Positions 26,671 to 38,513 of a DNA stretch of 64,000 nucleotides are shown piece by piece. This DNA comes from Isurus oxyrinchus (Eukaryota). The notes beneath the pieces are model-generated. The model was given only the letters and a program-made list of their open reading frames with translations, searched no databases and was not told the origin of the DNA. The position numbers and the translations under genes are program-made. How positions within the stretch are numbered: the first letter of the stretch is position 1; every line of letters begins with the position of its first letter. Location: positions 310,001 through 374,000 of the forward strand of contig JANJGN010000242.1 of assembly GCA_026770705.1 (NCBI GenBank). Reading direction: 5' to 3'.

Positions 26671-27394
26671 TTGATGCCGGGTTGCACAGAAGCACAGGAG
26701 ACAGGCTCATTTATCGCACTTATCCTTGCCCAGATCCAAAGAAAAGCACCATTGGGATTTTTTTTAATTCGTGGGATGTGGGCATTACTGGCTAGGACAG
26801 CATTTGCTCCCATTCCTAAACTGCCCCTTGTTCAGAGGATATTTAAGATCAACCACGTTGCTTGGCCTAGAATCACATGTAAGCCAGGCAAAGGCGGCAG
26901 ATTTCTTTCCCTAAACGACATTAGTGAACCAGATGAGTTTTTGCAACAACGGACACTGGTTTCATCGTGGCGTGTTTGGACACGATCATCATTAGACGTT
27001 CAATTGAATTCAAATTCCTCCATCTGCCATGGTGGGGATTCGAACTCGGGTCCCCAAAAAATTAACCTGGCTTCACGATATCACCAACGCAGAACGAATG
27101 CCACTGCGCCATATCCTCCAAAGCAGCGAGTTCATCTCCATACCGCCAATTATACGATAACTAGCTCCGAACTGACCCGGAATATCGATTTGCCAACAGA
27201 GGTAATGAAAGCTTTCAGACTTGCAGCTCCTATAGCTGATAATTAGGGTTGTTCTTACAGAACCATTAAGTCAGGTGGACCCAGCGCGGATTGGTGAGTG
27301 GTTGGATTAATCAGTTTTTTCTACCCATTTCCACAAGCACGTTGTTTAATTTTCCTTGTATATATCATTATGATAATTTGATTCTTGTTTTGAC

Positions 27395-27714
27395 AGCTAC
27401 TCCTTGTCGCTAGCTTAAAAAAAAATCAGATGTCGGTTTATCAGGAAGGCAAGGACAATCACTTTGCTTCACCATAACTCTACTTTCGCTGCAAATGAAC
27501 TTATATTCTTGTACCGGTAATTCTCCAATTGAGCTCCTGAGCATTCGTCATCATATTCAGTGATGAAAGAGCTCAGGGAAGATTTAAAGTATCTGTGGAA
27601 CGTCAGAAAGGGCCTGCCACTCTCACAGTTCACTCGGTTCAGTTCTCAGTTGCTGCTGTGTAGTGCACTGCGGTAAAGCACGGGGAGGAAAGGAGGTGAG
27701 ATTCTACTAGAACT
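27395..27714 (+). pseudogene. Old TCR V relic
   Basis: Paralog of 16430 and 45035. RSS remnant CACGGGG(27679-85)...ACTAGAACT. Confidence 0.65.
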
Positions 27715-27879
27715 CACTCACCAATGTGACTGGTGAGAAAATTAGGACATGGGCTTTAGAAGCGAGAGTGATACAAGTCAATTCTGCAAAAAAATCAATT
27801 CATCATCCGAGTCATTTAATGGAATAAAAGTATTTTTATTATCTACAATAACATAACATTCAGATTAATCCTCTGCACA

Positions 27880-28200
27880 TGGAAAGGATCTTCCTTCGTG
27901 TGGGATAATCTAGAACCAGGGTCACTGTTTAAAAAGAAAGCGTCTCATATTTAAGGCAGAGATGAGAAGACTTTCTTTCTCTCAGAAATTAGTGAGTCTT
28001 TGGAAGTCCCTTCCTCAAAGGGCAGGTGAAGCGAAGTCTCCGAATGTTTTCAGTGTAGAGGTAGATCGACTTTTGATAAACAAGAGAGTGAAAGGTAACC
28101 CGGAGTGGGTGGAAAGTTACAGGCAGATCAGCCATGACCTTATTGAATGGTGGAGCAGACCTGAAGGCCTGACAGGCCGACTACTGCTCCCGTTTCCCAT
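27880..28200 (+). mobile_element. CR1 3' end fragment
   Basis: EMRRLSFSQKLVSLWKSLPQ is the CR1 ORF2 C-terminus. A paralog lies at 45535-45860. Confidence 0.7.
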
Positions 28201-30559
28201 GTTGGTCTCTACTTGGAATCCTGAAATTTGATTGACACCCTTCTTTGATGATATGGGTGATCACATGCTTTCCATCCTTCTGATATAAACAATCACAGCA
28301 TCATCTGTTGCGGACTAATGAACAAGAAATTAATCCATTTATGCACGTCAGAAAACAGGCAAATAATCTGGAAAGGAATGCTAATGAGTAAATGTAACAG
28401 AAGCAATACAATGAAAAGAGAGAAGTTACAGTAATAATAAAACCAAAGCCATAAAAACCATGATAATGCAGCAATATCATGCAGCAATATTTGAGAATGA
28501 ATTGAGAGTCGTTGTTTTACAGACGAGATTCCACTGGATGGCAATCTTTGCAGAAAATTTAAGAAGCCGTCAGTTCCTCGCTGTGACAGGTGGCAGCTGG
28601 AGGTTACAGGAAATATTTTGGCGCCACGACACGTTACTGCAAACATGAGTATATATAGGGCAAGAATTGATAGATGACTTACAAAAGAGACTTCGAGATG
28701 GGTGCCTGTAAATCATCGTATTTCATGGTCCAATGTTACTGCATAGTCTGAAGTAAAAGGTTATCACAATGAGAGAGAGAGAGATACACAGAGAGAGAGA
28801 CAGGAAGAGATCAGTCCATCTTTTCGTGACTGAATGTTTTGGTTACTATTAGCCGCAACTTCAAAGTTTCTGGGAAATACCTGGACATTCAAATCCCATC
28901 ACTCCGCAACAAGGTTCAGAGTGGCAACCCTTTCTGGCAGAGAGTTAAAGATTCCCATTGCCCTCTGTGTAAATCATGTTTCTCACACCACAGCAACGAC
29001 TGCACTGGAAAGGCGCTTCCTTAGCGTGGAACGTCCTTACTGACACCGTGAGTCTGTAAAAGGTGATTTCTCTTTCCGAGTGAGATTTGATTTCAGGGTT
29101 AAAATTTAGTTGGCCCCTTGTTTCCAAGGGGCCTGGTAAAGTTTATTCATTTAAATTTCCTCCTTTTTATGTCAATTCTTTTTCCTGGATTGGGTTGATG
29201 AGGGGACACCAGCTCCTGGGATTACCAGGATCCTGTCTCCGGTATACAAACAGATTCTGTCCGCTCAGCGGGACACCCGTAATTTGTTGGAAACAACAAT
29301 TGGGAATTTATTGAGGAGACCCTGACGGGAACTGCCTCCTTTTCAGGGAGGACCAGTGATCAAGGCGCCTAAGTCAGTCATCAGCCTGATCACCACTATG
29401 AAAGATTTTCAGCCATTTGGCTAAAAGTGCAACCCTGTGTTTGTCGAATTTTTCAAACTCTGCATTCACTCCCTGAGCTACTTGCATTAATTTCCATGTG
29501 TTTTACAGCGCCAATGAATCTTATATCAAGGCTTGATTGACTTACCAGAGAGGTAGAGATAGGCACAAAGAGACATTGAGCAAGTCAGAGACAGAAAGAG
29601 AAACAATCAGAGAAAGAGAACCAATCAGAGAAAGCCTCCACGATGAGAGTCATAGGGACCTTCCCGAAACATCATAACAAAACACAACACTCAACAAACA
29701 GAAGTGAGAATCACTTGTGGATGTTATATTAATGAATTTCAACTCGCAATTTTACTAAAATCGACGTTCAAAAATCTATATGATCACTTTTATTTAATTT
29801 TTGGCTTTTGATGCAGTTTCCGTGCCTTCCTGTATTATTGAACAACGGTTCCACATCTCTCCTGTCAGTTTGCTGTGGTCTTTGACCGCGGCCTGTTCAC
29901 AGTGCTTATTTGATCAGAATATGTTGCTGGGCCAGAGACAGGTTATACGCAATGAGCAGGGTTCACCAGGTAATGACTGACACTAGGTAGGACAAAGCCA
30001 AAGTACAACGTTCCCCCAGGGACTGTTGAGCTTCAGAACGTTCGCTTAATTCTGGAATGTTTCGTGTCAACATTAATAATCCCGAGTTTGCTGGAGATAA
30101 TGAACAGGCCAAGATTAGATACCCCCACCCCTGTCTCTAAAAGTGCAGACTCTAGTCCAGCTCGGGGTGTTTCCATTCCATGTCAGGCAGCTCACCACCG
30201 ACGTATCTCACAGAACCAGAGAGACAAGGCAATGAGGTGAGAACAACCTGAGACAAAACAGCAAATTGTTGCGGGTGAGGATTAGAACAGCCGCTTTGAA
30301 AGCTGATGCTGTAATGATCTCTTGATCGGATCTGATTCTGAACTTTGTTTTCTCGGCCGCTCCTGGACACCACTGGTGACAGTTTGATCTGAGGTGAATG
30401 TGGTTTTCCTCTCGGTTTGCGTTTGAGCGGCTGACAGCGCCGCTGAACATTATGGCTGCACCTGCCCGAGATTCTACACAAACCCCAACCGACAGGAGCT
30501 CCTATCCAGAGTCTAAAGGCAGTTTTTGTACAGGGGTCAGGCTGCCTTCCATCACTGTG

Positions 30560-31025
30560 AGTCTGATAGCGCAGTAATACACGGTGGCGTCAGTCAGCAG
30601 AAGACCCGAGATGCTCAAACTGGTGAATTTAGTCGAGGTCTGGATCTCTGCAGAGAAACGGCTTTTAGCAAAATCTGCTTTATCTTCATTACCGCCTTTG
30701 TATTTCCTCAATATAAACTCAGGCTGGGAGTCTGGGTGTTGCCGGTACCAGAATAAAGAATAGCTACTCTTTGTAGTATCATAGGTACAGTATAAAGTCA
30801 CCGCTTCTCCTTCTGTCTTAACATCTAAGGACAGCAGCTGAGTGACAGAATCTCCATGAATCGCATCTGAAAAAATATGTTCAAACAGAAAAAAATCAGA
30901 TAGAAAAGTGTTTACAGTTCAATTTAAGGCATGTTTTTAAAATCAGTGAAAAGATGAAATGTGTTTAATCCACAATTACCTGTAAGAAGTACTCCCCACA
31001 CGACGCAAATGCCGAGGAGCCGCAT
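30560..31025 (-). CDS. TRAV/DV: Inverted TCR alpha/delta V segment, intact (leader 31025-30980, V exon 30866-30560)
   Basis: MRLLGICVVWGVLLT|D..GDSVTQ..VTLYCTY..WYRQ..DATVYYCAIR. RSS CACAGTG(30559-53)-23-ACAAAAACT(30529-21). Confidence 0.93.
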
Positions 31026-32741
31026 TGTCGTTGTCCGCGCTGTAAAAGGGGAGTCGGATATTTGAAGACACCCGTTCTAAACTCCACCCTCAATAATCTG
31101 CTGTCATGTCTCAGGATGTTCTCACCTCACTTCATTATGTCCCCAGTGGTGCTGTGAAACCGGTAGATGGTGAGCCAGCTGGCAGTGATTGGAAACGCCC
31201 TGAGCTGGGGTTCCGTTACTGGCCTCATAGGGAGACTGTGTCCGTTTCACAGGAGAGACGGTGACAATTCAAGCAATGTCTGGATATTTCAACTGTCAAA
31301 CACAGAATTTTTCATAGATTTGTTTTTTTCCCAGGTCAGTTCGTTCACTATAATTCTTTTAGTCTTACTGCCAGGACACCAGCAACCGTGACTCCAGCGA
31401 GATTTCCCCGATGAACCACTTCAGTAGTAACCTGGCTATGATTAAACGTTTTGTGGAGTGATTTCTAATATTAGAACAATGATACCGGTTGTTATGATGC
31501 AAATACTTGAACAGGCAAAATACTCTCCTAATGTAAACAGATATTTGCTCACTGCCCACTTCAGTTCAGAACGATTGAATTCTATTTGGTTTTTTGCAGT
31601 CCTCGTTGTATCGTTACTCATTTATTTAATCAGCCATGACTCTCAGGTTTTAGGTTTGCTGTGAGAGAGAATGGCGGGAGCACTGGGTTTGCGCTTTTCA
31701 GCAATTTGGCACTCATTGGCTCAAATGTACGGGGGCTAAGCTCAGAGAGCATTGTTACAGCCCCCGGCAGACAAGTAAAGCGATACCCAATTACGTAGAA
31801 CTCAACGCCAGCCCCCAGGAAAGCCTTTCCATATAAATTTCACTCATAGTGGAAATAGATATGGCGTCGAAATCGTTCCAGTCAAAAAGTTCAGACAAGA
31901 CCTCAGGGTGGGTTTTGCATTTACATTTTCATATTATTTCCCATTAGTTGCACCTTCCACTCACTTACTCTGCCCTCGGCATAATAACAGCTTCTAAACC
32001 TTCTATATGCAATTTTTTTCCTACGATCATACCGTCTCCAACCTATTAAGACAAGTTGATTTCACTTATTAAACTTCCATTTGATCCAGTGTTTTTAGAT
32101 CACTGCTTGTGCTGGAATCAGCAAGAAGGATGCTGTGATCTGCCGTCCTCTGCTGGATATTCTGTAAGTGTTCAGATGTCAATGGATAGAGTTTGAAAGA
32201 TTGATCAGACAGTCCCTGTTTATGAGAATCTGCTTTGTGGCAGTTCTCAATTCATTATCCGAGTAGAAACAGAGGTTTTATATCATTAAAATAAAGACTG
32301 GAAGAAGGAGTGTTCACTAATTCTGTGTGAACTCTGGAAACAGGCAGCAAAAAGAGACAGAGAGGACAAATACTTTGAAAGAGGGACAGTCAGTTAAAAG
32401 TGTTTTGTAACCGCATAAAACCCACCACATTGCTACCCCTCCTCAGCCCTGACCAGGAGTGATTTTAGACTCCAAACGTTAACTCCGCATCTCTCTTCGC
32501 AGATGCTGCCGGAGGTACTGAGTTTCCCCAGTAGTTTCTGGTTTCGTCAGTTAAAGATCCATAGCTGCATTTCTGAGGTTTATCTTCAGTTCAGTTGTGA
32601 ATTGAAACCATAAAGCAATATCGTCCTGCAAGTGGAGTTCACCAGTTCTTGTTACGTTTTGTGTTTTATTGCACTTCTGGAAAGATACCTCGGACGCTCG
32701 CACCGGAAGTTGAATTACTGCTTCCGTTTGCCGTTGTGAGA

Positions 32742-32755
32742 ACGCCCTCTGCTGA
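32742..32755 (-). promoter_or_regulatory. CTCF-consensus motif just beyond an RSS
   Basis: Minus strand GACAGTTCCC-5nt-TGCTCAGCAGAGGGCGT. Equivalents at 34078-34091 and 50618-50631. Confidence 0.55.
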
Positions 32756-32779
32756 GCAGTAACGGGAACTGTCGCTGTA

Positions 32780-33116
32780 GGCTTTCGACCGACATCCGCT
32801 GTATCTCTACAGCAGTGTAGGATCAAGATGCAGAAATGCACCGCGGTCGTCGGTTCGAGCTTTACTAATCGTTAACTCGGTGATCTTAGCAATTTCAATA
32901 AGCCTAGAACAGAATCGGTAGGCAAAGTAGAATTTCCACGTTTCTATCCATCTAGGGAGAGGGTGGACAGTGGAGGGCGCCTAGGATGTTGATTACATCA
33001 CAGTACAAAGCTCTTAGAATAGCTTGTTTTGAAGGTGCACTTCAGGGTGATATTAATTCCCTCTTCAGCCGTCATTTCAGCAGCCGACTATTCTACTGTG
33101 TGTTGGTGGCTCAATT
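32780..33116 (-). pseudogene. Inverted TCR V pseudogene
   Basis: Minus strand EEGINITLKCTFKTS...AVHFCIL with stops. Heptamer TACACTG (32819-13). Confidence 0.75.
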
Positions 33117-34114
33117 CTGACATATATATTAATGATAGTCACGGTCTCATCATCGAGAGCATCATTATTAGTGCATTAACAATAAAATGTGGGTTACAGC
33201 GCTGACGGGGAGAATAGAGTTTAACTGGAAAGGAAAATAGTTCTGAGAAGTGACATAATAATGAGGAGCGTTCCAGTATGTTTCCCCATGATGATCCTTC
33301 TCTCTGTAATTCTGCAGTCCGGGAAATCCTCCGCCAGAGCAGAGATACCGAGTCCCGCCCTACTGAAATTCTGACCCAAACAATGCCAAACTGAGCACAG
33401 TGGCAGTAATCTGTCCAATAACGCAGGGCAGGCAAGGCGGGCCAGAGCGACGGCACAAAACGGAAAATGTGGGCGGGATTGGAGCAGGCCGTGTCGACAC
33501 ACATCGAATCCATCTGTAAGGACCTGAATTCAACAATAATGACCCCTTTGAAAATCATATAATTCTGCCTGTCGATAGGAGTTGCGGTGCTTTCACATTC
33601 ATTCCATATTGGGTAAGGGGCGGGTGGACACTAGCGTACCAGAGTTAGTAAATTGCTCAATAACCAAGGAAATCTTCATTAGCAACCTCGGATAATACTG
33701 GGGCTGAACCTATGGTCAGCTTGGCTAGAATAGTCCTGAGCTGAATTATACACAAATATCAATTTTCTGAAACGTTTAAACCAAAGACTGACAGAAGGAA
33801 ATGTCTGAAATTATGGGTGACAGATGGAGTCAGGGATTGAAAAAGCACAAGTCGATAGTCAAAGGCATCCAAGGTAAATAAAGTTGAGTTCAAGCACCAT
33901 AGATCCATTAGTAATATTCATTTTTATTAGATGTGCGAGCTAAAATCGCACATTGAAATTACTGCTGCTGTGGTCATTGTCTGATCTTGTAGGGGGTTGC
34001 GTTTTTTTGCAATGTTCTGACGGTTCCTCTGACTGACTGTGGAGGTGGGATTATGGTTTCTGTTTATTGGCGTGAGAACGCCCTCTGCTGAGCATTAACA
34101 GGAACTCTCAGTGT

Positions 34115-34496
34115 GGGGTTTGTAACGGCATCCGTTATATCTCTGCTGCAGTGTGGGCTGCATGGCACAGAAATATATCGCGCTGACAGAGATTAAAGAG
34201 CTGCCGATCATTGGAATTTGGATTTCCAGCATCCGTAGTATTTTGTTTTTATAGTAGCTCGGCAATGTTGGCTGCTTTATTGAACATTGCTGAAAAGCGA
34301 TTAGTGATGTCGGTGTGTCTGCATAGTTTGCATCCCAGGATACGAAGCATGTAGTCTGGAGGCTGCCCGGGGCCCGACTGTACCAGTGCACATAAGGGAT
34401 AAAATCGCCTGTTTTCAAGATCAGGTTAATGTGGCCTTACTTTCTCCTTCAACCGTTATTTCAGCAACAGTTCCATTGTGTCTTGGTAGCTCCATT
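34115..34496 (-). pseudogene. Inverted TCR V pseudogene interrupted by a short Penelope-terminus fragment
   Basis: PYVHWYSRAPG...SAIYFCAMQP; CACACTG(34155-49)...ACAAACCCC. The insert gatttccagcatccgtagtattttg is at ~34220-34250. Confidence 0.78.
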
Positions 34497-37043
34497 CTAA
34501 TATAAAACAATAGCATGAACACAAATCAGTGTTCAGCCTCATATTGATCAACATAATCGGCATCGAAACCATCACTTTTATTCTACCAACAATAATATGT
34601 GTTACATTAATTAGGGGATTTTTGTTTTACTGGGAAGGAAATACTTAATGAGAAGTGACATAACGATGAACAGCGGAGCGAGATGGAACCCCATGATAAT
34701 TTCTGATTGTGTACATCTGCAGTGCGAGAAATTCTCTGTTGGAGCGGAAATACAGATTTCCGTCCTACTGCACTGCCAATGCAAGAAATGTCAAGAATAG
34801 TCCAGCAGCAGCAATCTGTCCAAGAAGACAATCCGGTCCGAGTGACAGCAGCAAAAGGAAGCTGTGGGCAGGGATACTACAGGCTCAAAGTTGAGCGAAA
34901 TGTGCGGCACTCGGAACAGATGGAGCGGAAATAGCGACAGTTGAACCTTCAAGGCCAGTGATCATCCTGCACCTGCTCACTCTTCAAGGTACTGAGAACA
35001 AATAGGTTGGGAGGGACATGAAAAAACTAGAATCATTGAATCTTATAGCAAGAAAATGAGGCCATTCGGACGATCATGGCTATGCCTCACTGTAAGTTAG
35101 ATAAGCTGTTTGATAATTTAGCAGCAGGGGAGCAGTCGAGGGATGCCGTGGTGCGGTGGAGCTTGGCATTGTCAGCGTACATGTGAAAACAAAGGTTGTG
35201 TTTTCAGATGTTGCCGCCATGGAGCTTCATGCAGATTAGAACTCAGAGGGCACCAAGGATATATCTTTGGGGGATAACAGAGGTGCAGGAGCAAGGGAAG
35301 AACCCAATACAAGTGAATCTCTAGCGGGTGTCTGAGCGACCCTCTATCTCTTGATCTTATTCCTAAAGTTATATTTTACTGGATTGAATCCGTGTCAACT
35401 TGCGGACACAGTTAAAATAAATATACATCGAGATAAACTCTTTCCAGATGATGTGCTATTTTTATCTCCCTATATTACTGATCTAATTCCCTTTGCTGGA
35501 CTTCCTGCTTCCATCTGAATCACTGTCTCCCCCACTGTCACTCCCGTTGACTCTTCATGCGTTTCTTTCCGTTTCTCAGAATCTAAGGTTTCCTCCCTCA
35601 CTGTATCTTCGTTTATTTCCCTCCTCGTTCAGTCAGCTCTCACTATCTCTCCCTGTTTTTATCTCATTGTCTCTCCAACATTTTCTCATTTCCTTTATTT
35701 CACTTTTCATCTTTCTCTGTCTCTACCTCGGACTTTCTCCCTGTACTTCTGCCCCTTTACTCTCCAGGTTGTCCATCGATCCTCGTTGCTCTATCTCTTT
35801 GTTCTCCACTTCTCTCCTTCATTTCCCTCCAGTGTCTCTGTCTCCCACCCTGCCTCTCCCTCAGTATTTCTCCAGCATCCCTTTCTGGGTTACTTTTTCT
35901 ATCGCGCCCTCTGTCACTTCCCCAATGTCTCTGCCTGTTTCAAGGCAAACGGGTGTCTCAAAGCGCTTTTCAGCCAATGTAGTGCTTTTGCCCTATATTG
36001 ACTGTTGCAATGCAGGAAGCTAAATTGCGCACAGCAAGATCCCACAATGTGACAATGACCATATAATCTGTAACTGTGATGTTGATTGAGGTATAAACAT
36101 TGTCCAGCCGATTGGGGATAACTTCCCTTCTTCAAAATGCTGCCAGGATTCAAATTACATCCACCATAAATGGCAGATGGGGCATATGTTTGAAGCTTCA
36201 CCCAAAAGATGGCATCTCGGATGGTGAAGGAAACTCTCAGTAGTAGAGTGGATTTTCAGCATTTAGTCTGCAGTCAAGTCCTGCAGTGACGGTGACATGC
36301 TTCAAGAACAAGTAGTTACCCTTTTGAGCAACCAGCTGGCGCATCGATGGTTTGTGATGGGTTGAAAATATTTCCAATGCATATCTTTGACCAGTGTTGG
36401 GTGACCGTTATTGTTGCGCCTCTGCAGCCAGTGCAATCTGCGAAACACGTGTATAGGGCTCTGCCACACCAATAAGCCTCAAAGCTGCACTGTTGAAGTT
36501 AAGACATTTCCCACCCAAAGCCATATGCTGCTTTACTCGACTCATGACTTCTATTTGAATGGAGGAGTTACTAGAGTCAACAGCACTGATGTGGCCATCC
36601 CCCATCAGAAAACATGTGCCCGTAATTCATGTCTCCATTCGGGTTTGAACCAAATTGGTGCTAGTGAAAGGCCACTGACCTAATCAGTTCCCATCAGAGG
36701 CTTCCATCACACTCAGCCTAGGCTAGATTTCAACCTAGCTCCAATATTTTCAAAGTGCAAACATCTGACTCAGCACGTCACGATTTTCTGCTGGTTCTGA
36801 GAGAGCACTGTTGTTGAAGCCAAGCAATGGGAAATAAGGGCACCAGAGGGCGTGTCAGTGAGACTAAGAGATACAGATCGCATCATTGGATTGTTCCCTG
36901 TCCCTTGGCGAACGTATAAGAGGCCCTTACCTTCATACCAAGCAGGAAATAATATAATCATTTGCACATCAAAATCATCCCAAACTAAATCGATTTTCCT
37001 ATAATATTCCAGAACCACCAGGCTTGAAATCCAGCAAAATGCA

Positions 37044-37473
37044 ATGATTGAAAGAGTGACTTCAAAATTGTAGATTTGAGGTGAGAGTTTTGTGCTCAAT
37101 TCGGTGTTAGATTTTTTTTGTTATTTCTTTGTTTCTCATTTCCTTGTCCTTCATTCTCAATAGTTAGGCAGCGATTCACCAACCACAGGTGATGTTTGCA
37201 CAAGAGTGTCAATCGATTGAAATCCGGTGCAATGCAGCTATCACAGATTTGGACAGAACCAACTGGTACAGGCAACTAGAGAAACGTGTCCCGAAATTTA
37301 TCCTATATGCTTTAAGCGGCAACACCAATAACTGTCGGTTCACGCTCTTTGTTGACTCAACAAAAAGTTATAACAATCTTGGTATTGGCAGCACCATGGT
37401 GTCAGATGCTGGACTGTATCTCTGTGCAACGAGGCACTGTGAGACAAAGACTGAATTCTCCAATACAATATCT
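37044..37473 (+). pseudogene. TCR V pseudogene (paralog of 9423)
   Basis: TAG in the leader (37071-73) and a deletion at the exon start. IRC..WYRQ..YLCATR; RSS CACTGTG(37435-41)-23-ACAATATCT. Confidence 0.88.
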
Positions 37474-38064
37474 ATTGCAGGCTCCCATCAGACAACCTCT
37501 ACACGTCTATTTGTTCTCCAAAATGTTTTGACTCACATATGATGTACAGTTGCAGATCCATCCTAAACAGAATACGTTGTTCAGACTGTCCTGAATGTGC
37601 TTACTCCTTTATGGCATGTGATTTTACAACTCTATTTACCCTAGAACAAAATGCTTATTCAGTCTGGGCTGAATGAGTTTACTCCTCTGAGCGGTAGTGT
37701 TAAACATGCTCCATCTACTGTGTTGGAAAGGATTTTAATGGATTCGAACTTCGGGCGCCAGATAAATCAGTTTCAATGGTGACCATTCCAAAAAGATTTT
37801 ATTCCCCTTACTACCTTCTACAAGGACAAAGTGGTTTTAGACAACAAACCGCTGGTGAAGGGAGCAGACAATCAATAATACTGCATCGTGAGTGAAGGAA
37901 TGTCCATTTCCAACGAATCCAAAAGCAGAAAACCCACGTGACAGGGAATTCAATTGGGTGGCTCTGACATTAATTACACCATTCAATGTGCTTCCCTCAG
38001 TTCCTGTTCTCCTGCTGTGAGTTGTGTGTCGTTTTCTTATTGACATTTGATTTGCAGGAACCTA

Positions 38065-38513
38065 GTGAATCTATCACTCGTCATTCTGATTCTACTGATA
38101 TGGAGGTACAGGATCGGAACACAATAAATCAAGAATTTATTTTTTGTATTCACCATGCTCCTGTGTCTCATTGTTTGGATGATTGAAGAGGTCAATATCT
38201 CTCGGGCCGAGTGCGGCAGTCTCCCGCTTCTACAACTGCCCTCAGCGGGGATTTGGTGCATATAAACTGCAGCTATGACGTCTCCAGTATTTACGCCCCT
38301 GCTTTGATACAAACGCAAATCCGGTCACAAACTGGACTGGGTAATAGAGCGACCATTCGCTGGCAGGGAAAAGAGGGGGGATGATTTCAATTGGGTCTTT
38401 CCATTGCGGAGAAACGGGGTTATTGAGAACACGAGAGAGCGGGTACCACTATGTTTTACTGTGTGATGGGGCCTCACATTGAGAGGAATGTCGGCAGTCA
38501 CTTTTCAAAAGCC
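38065..38513 (+). pseudogene. TCR V pseudogene (paralog of 10468)
   Basis: Start codon lost, frameshifts. FYCVMG then CACATTG(38475-81)-23-TCAAAAGCC. Confidence 0.82.

Larger units (their letters stand above)
24290..31150 (+). repeat. Segmental duplication block C (paralogous to ~42880-49350 and partly to 14490-16690)
   Basis: The V, V relic, CR1 end and inverted V occur in the same order, with homologous spacers. Confidence 0.85.

Noticed and set aside
37200-37230. QECQSI Cys at the same FR1 position as in the NAR-like V
   Set aside because: Occurs only in a dead copy; the intact paralog has QEGQSI, so it is probably neutral decay.
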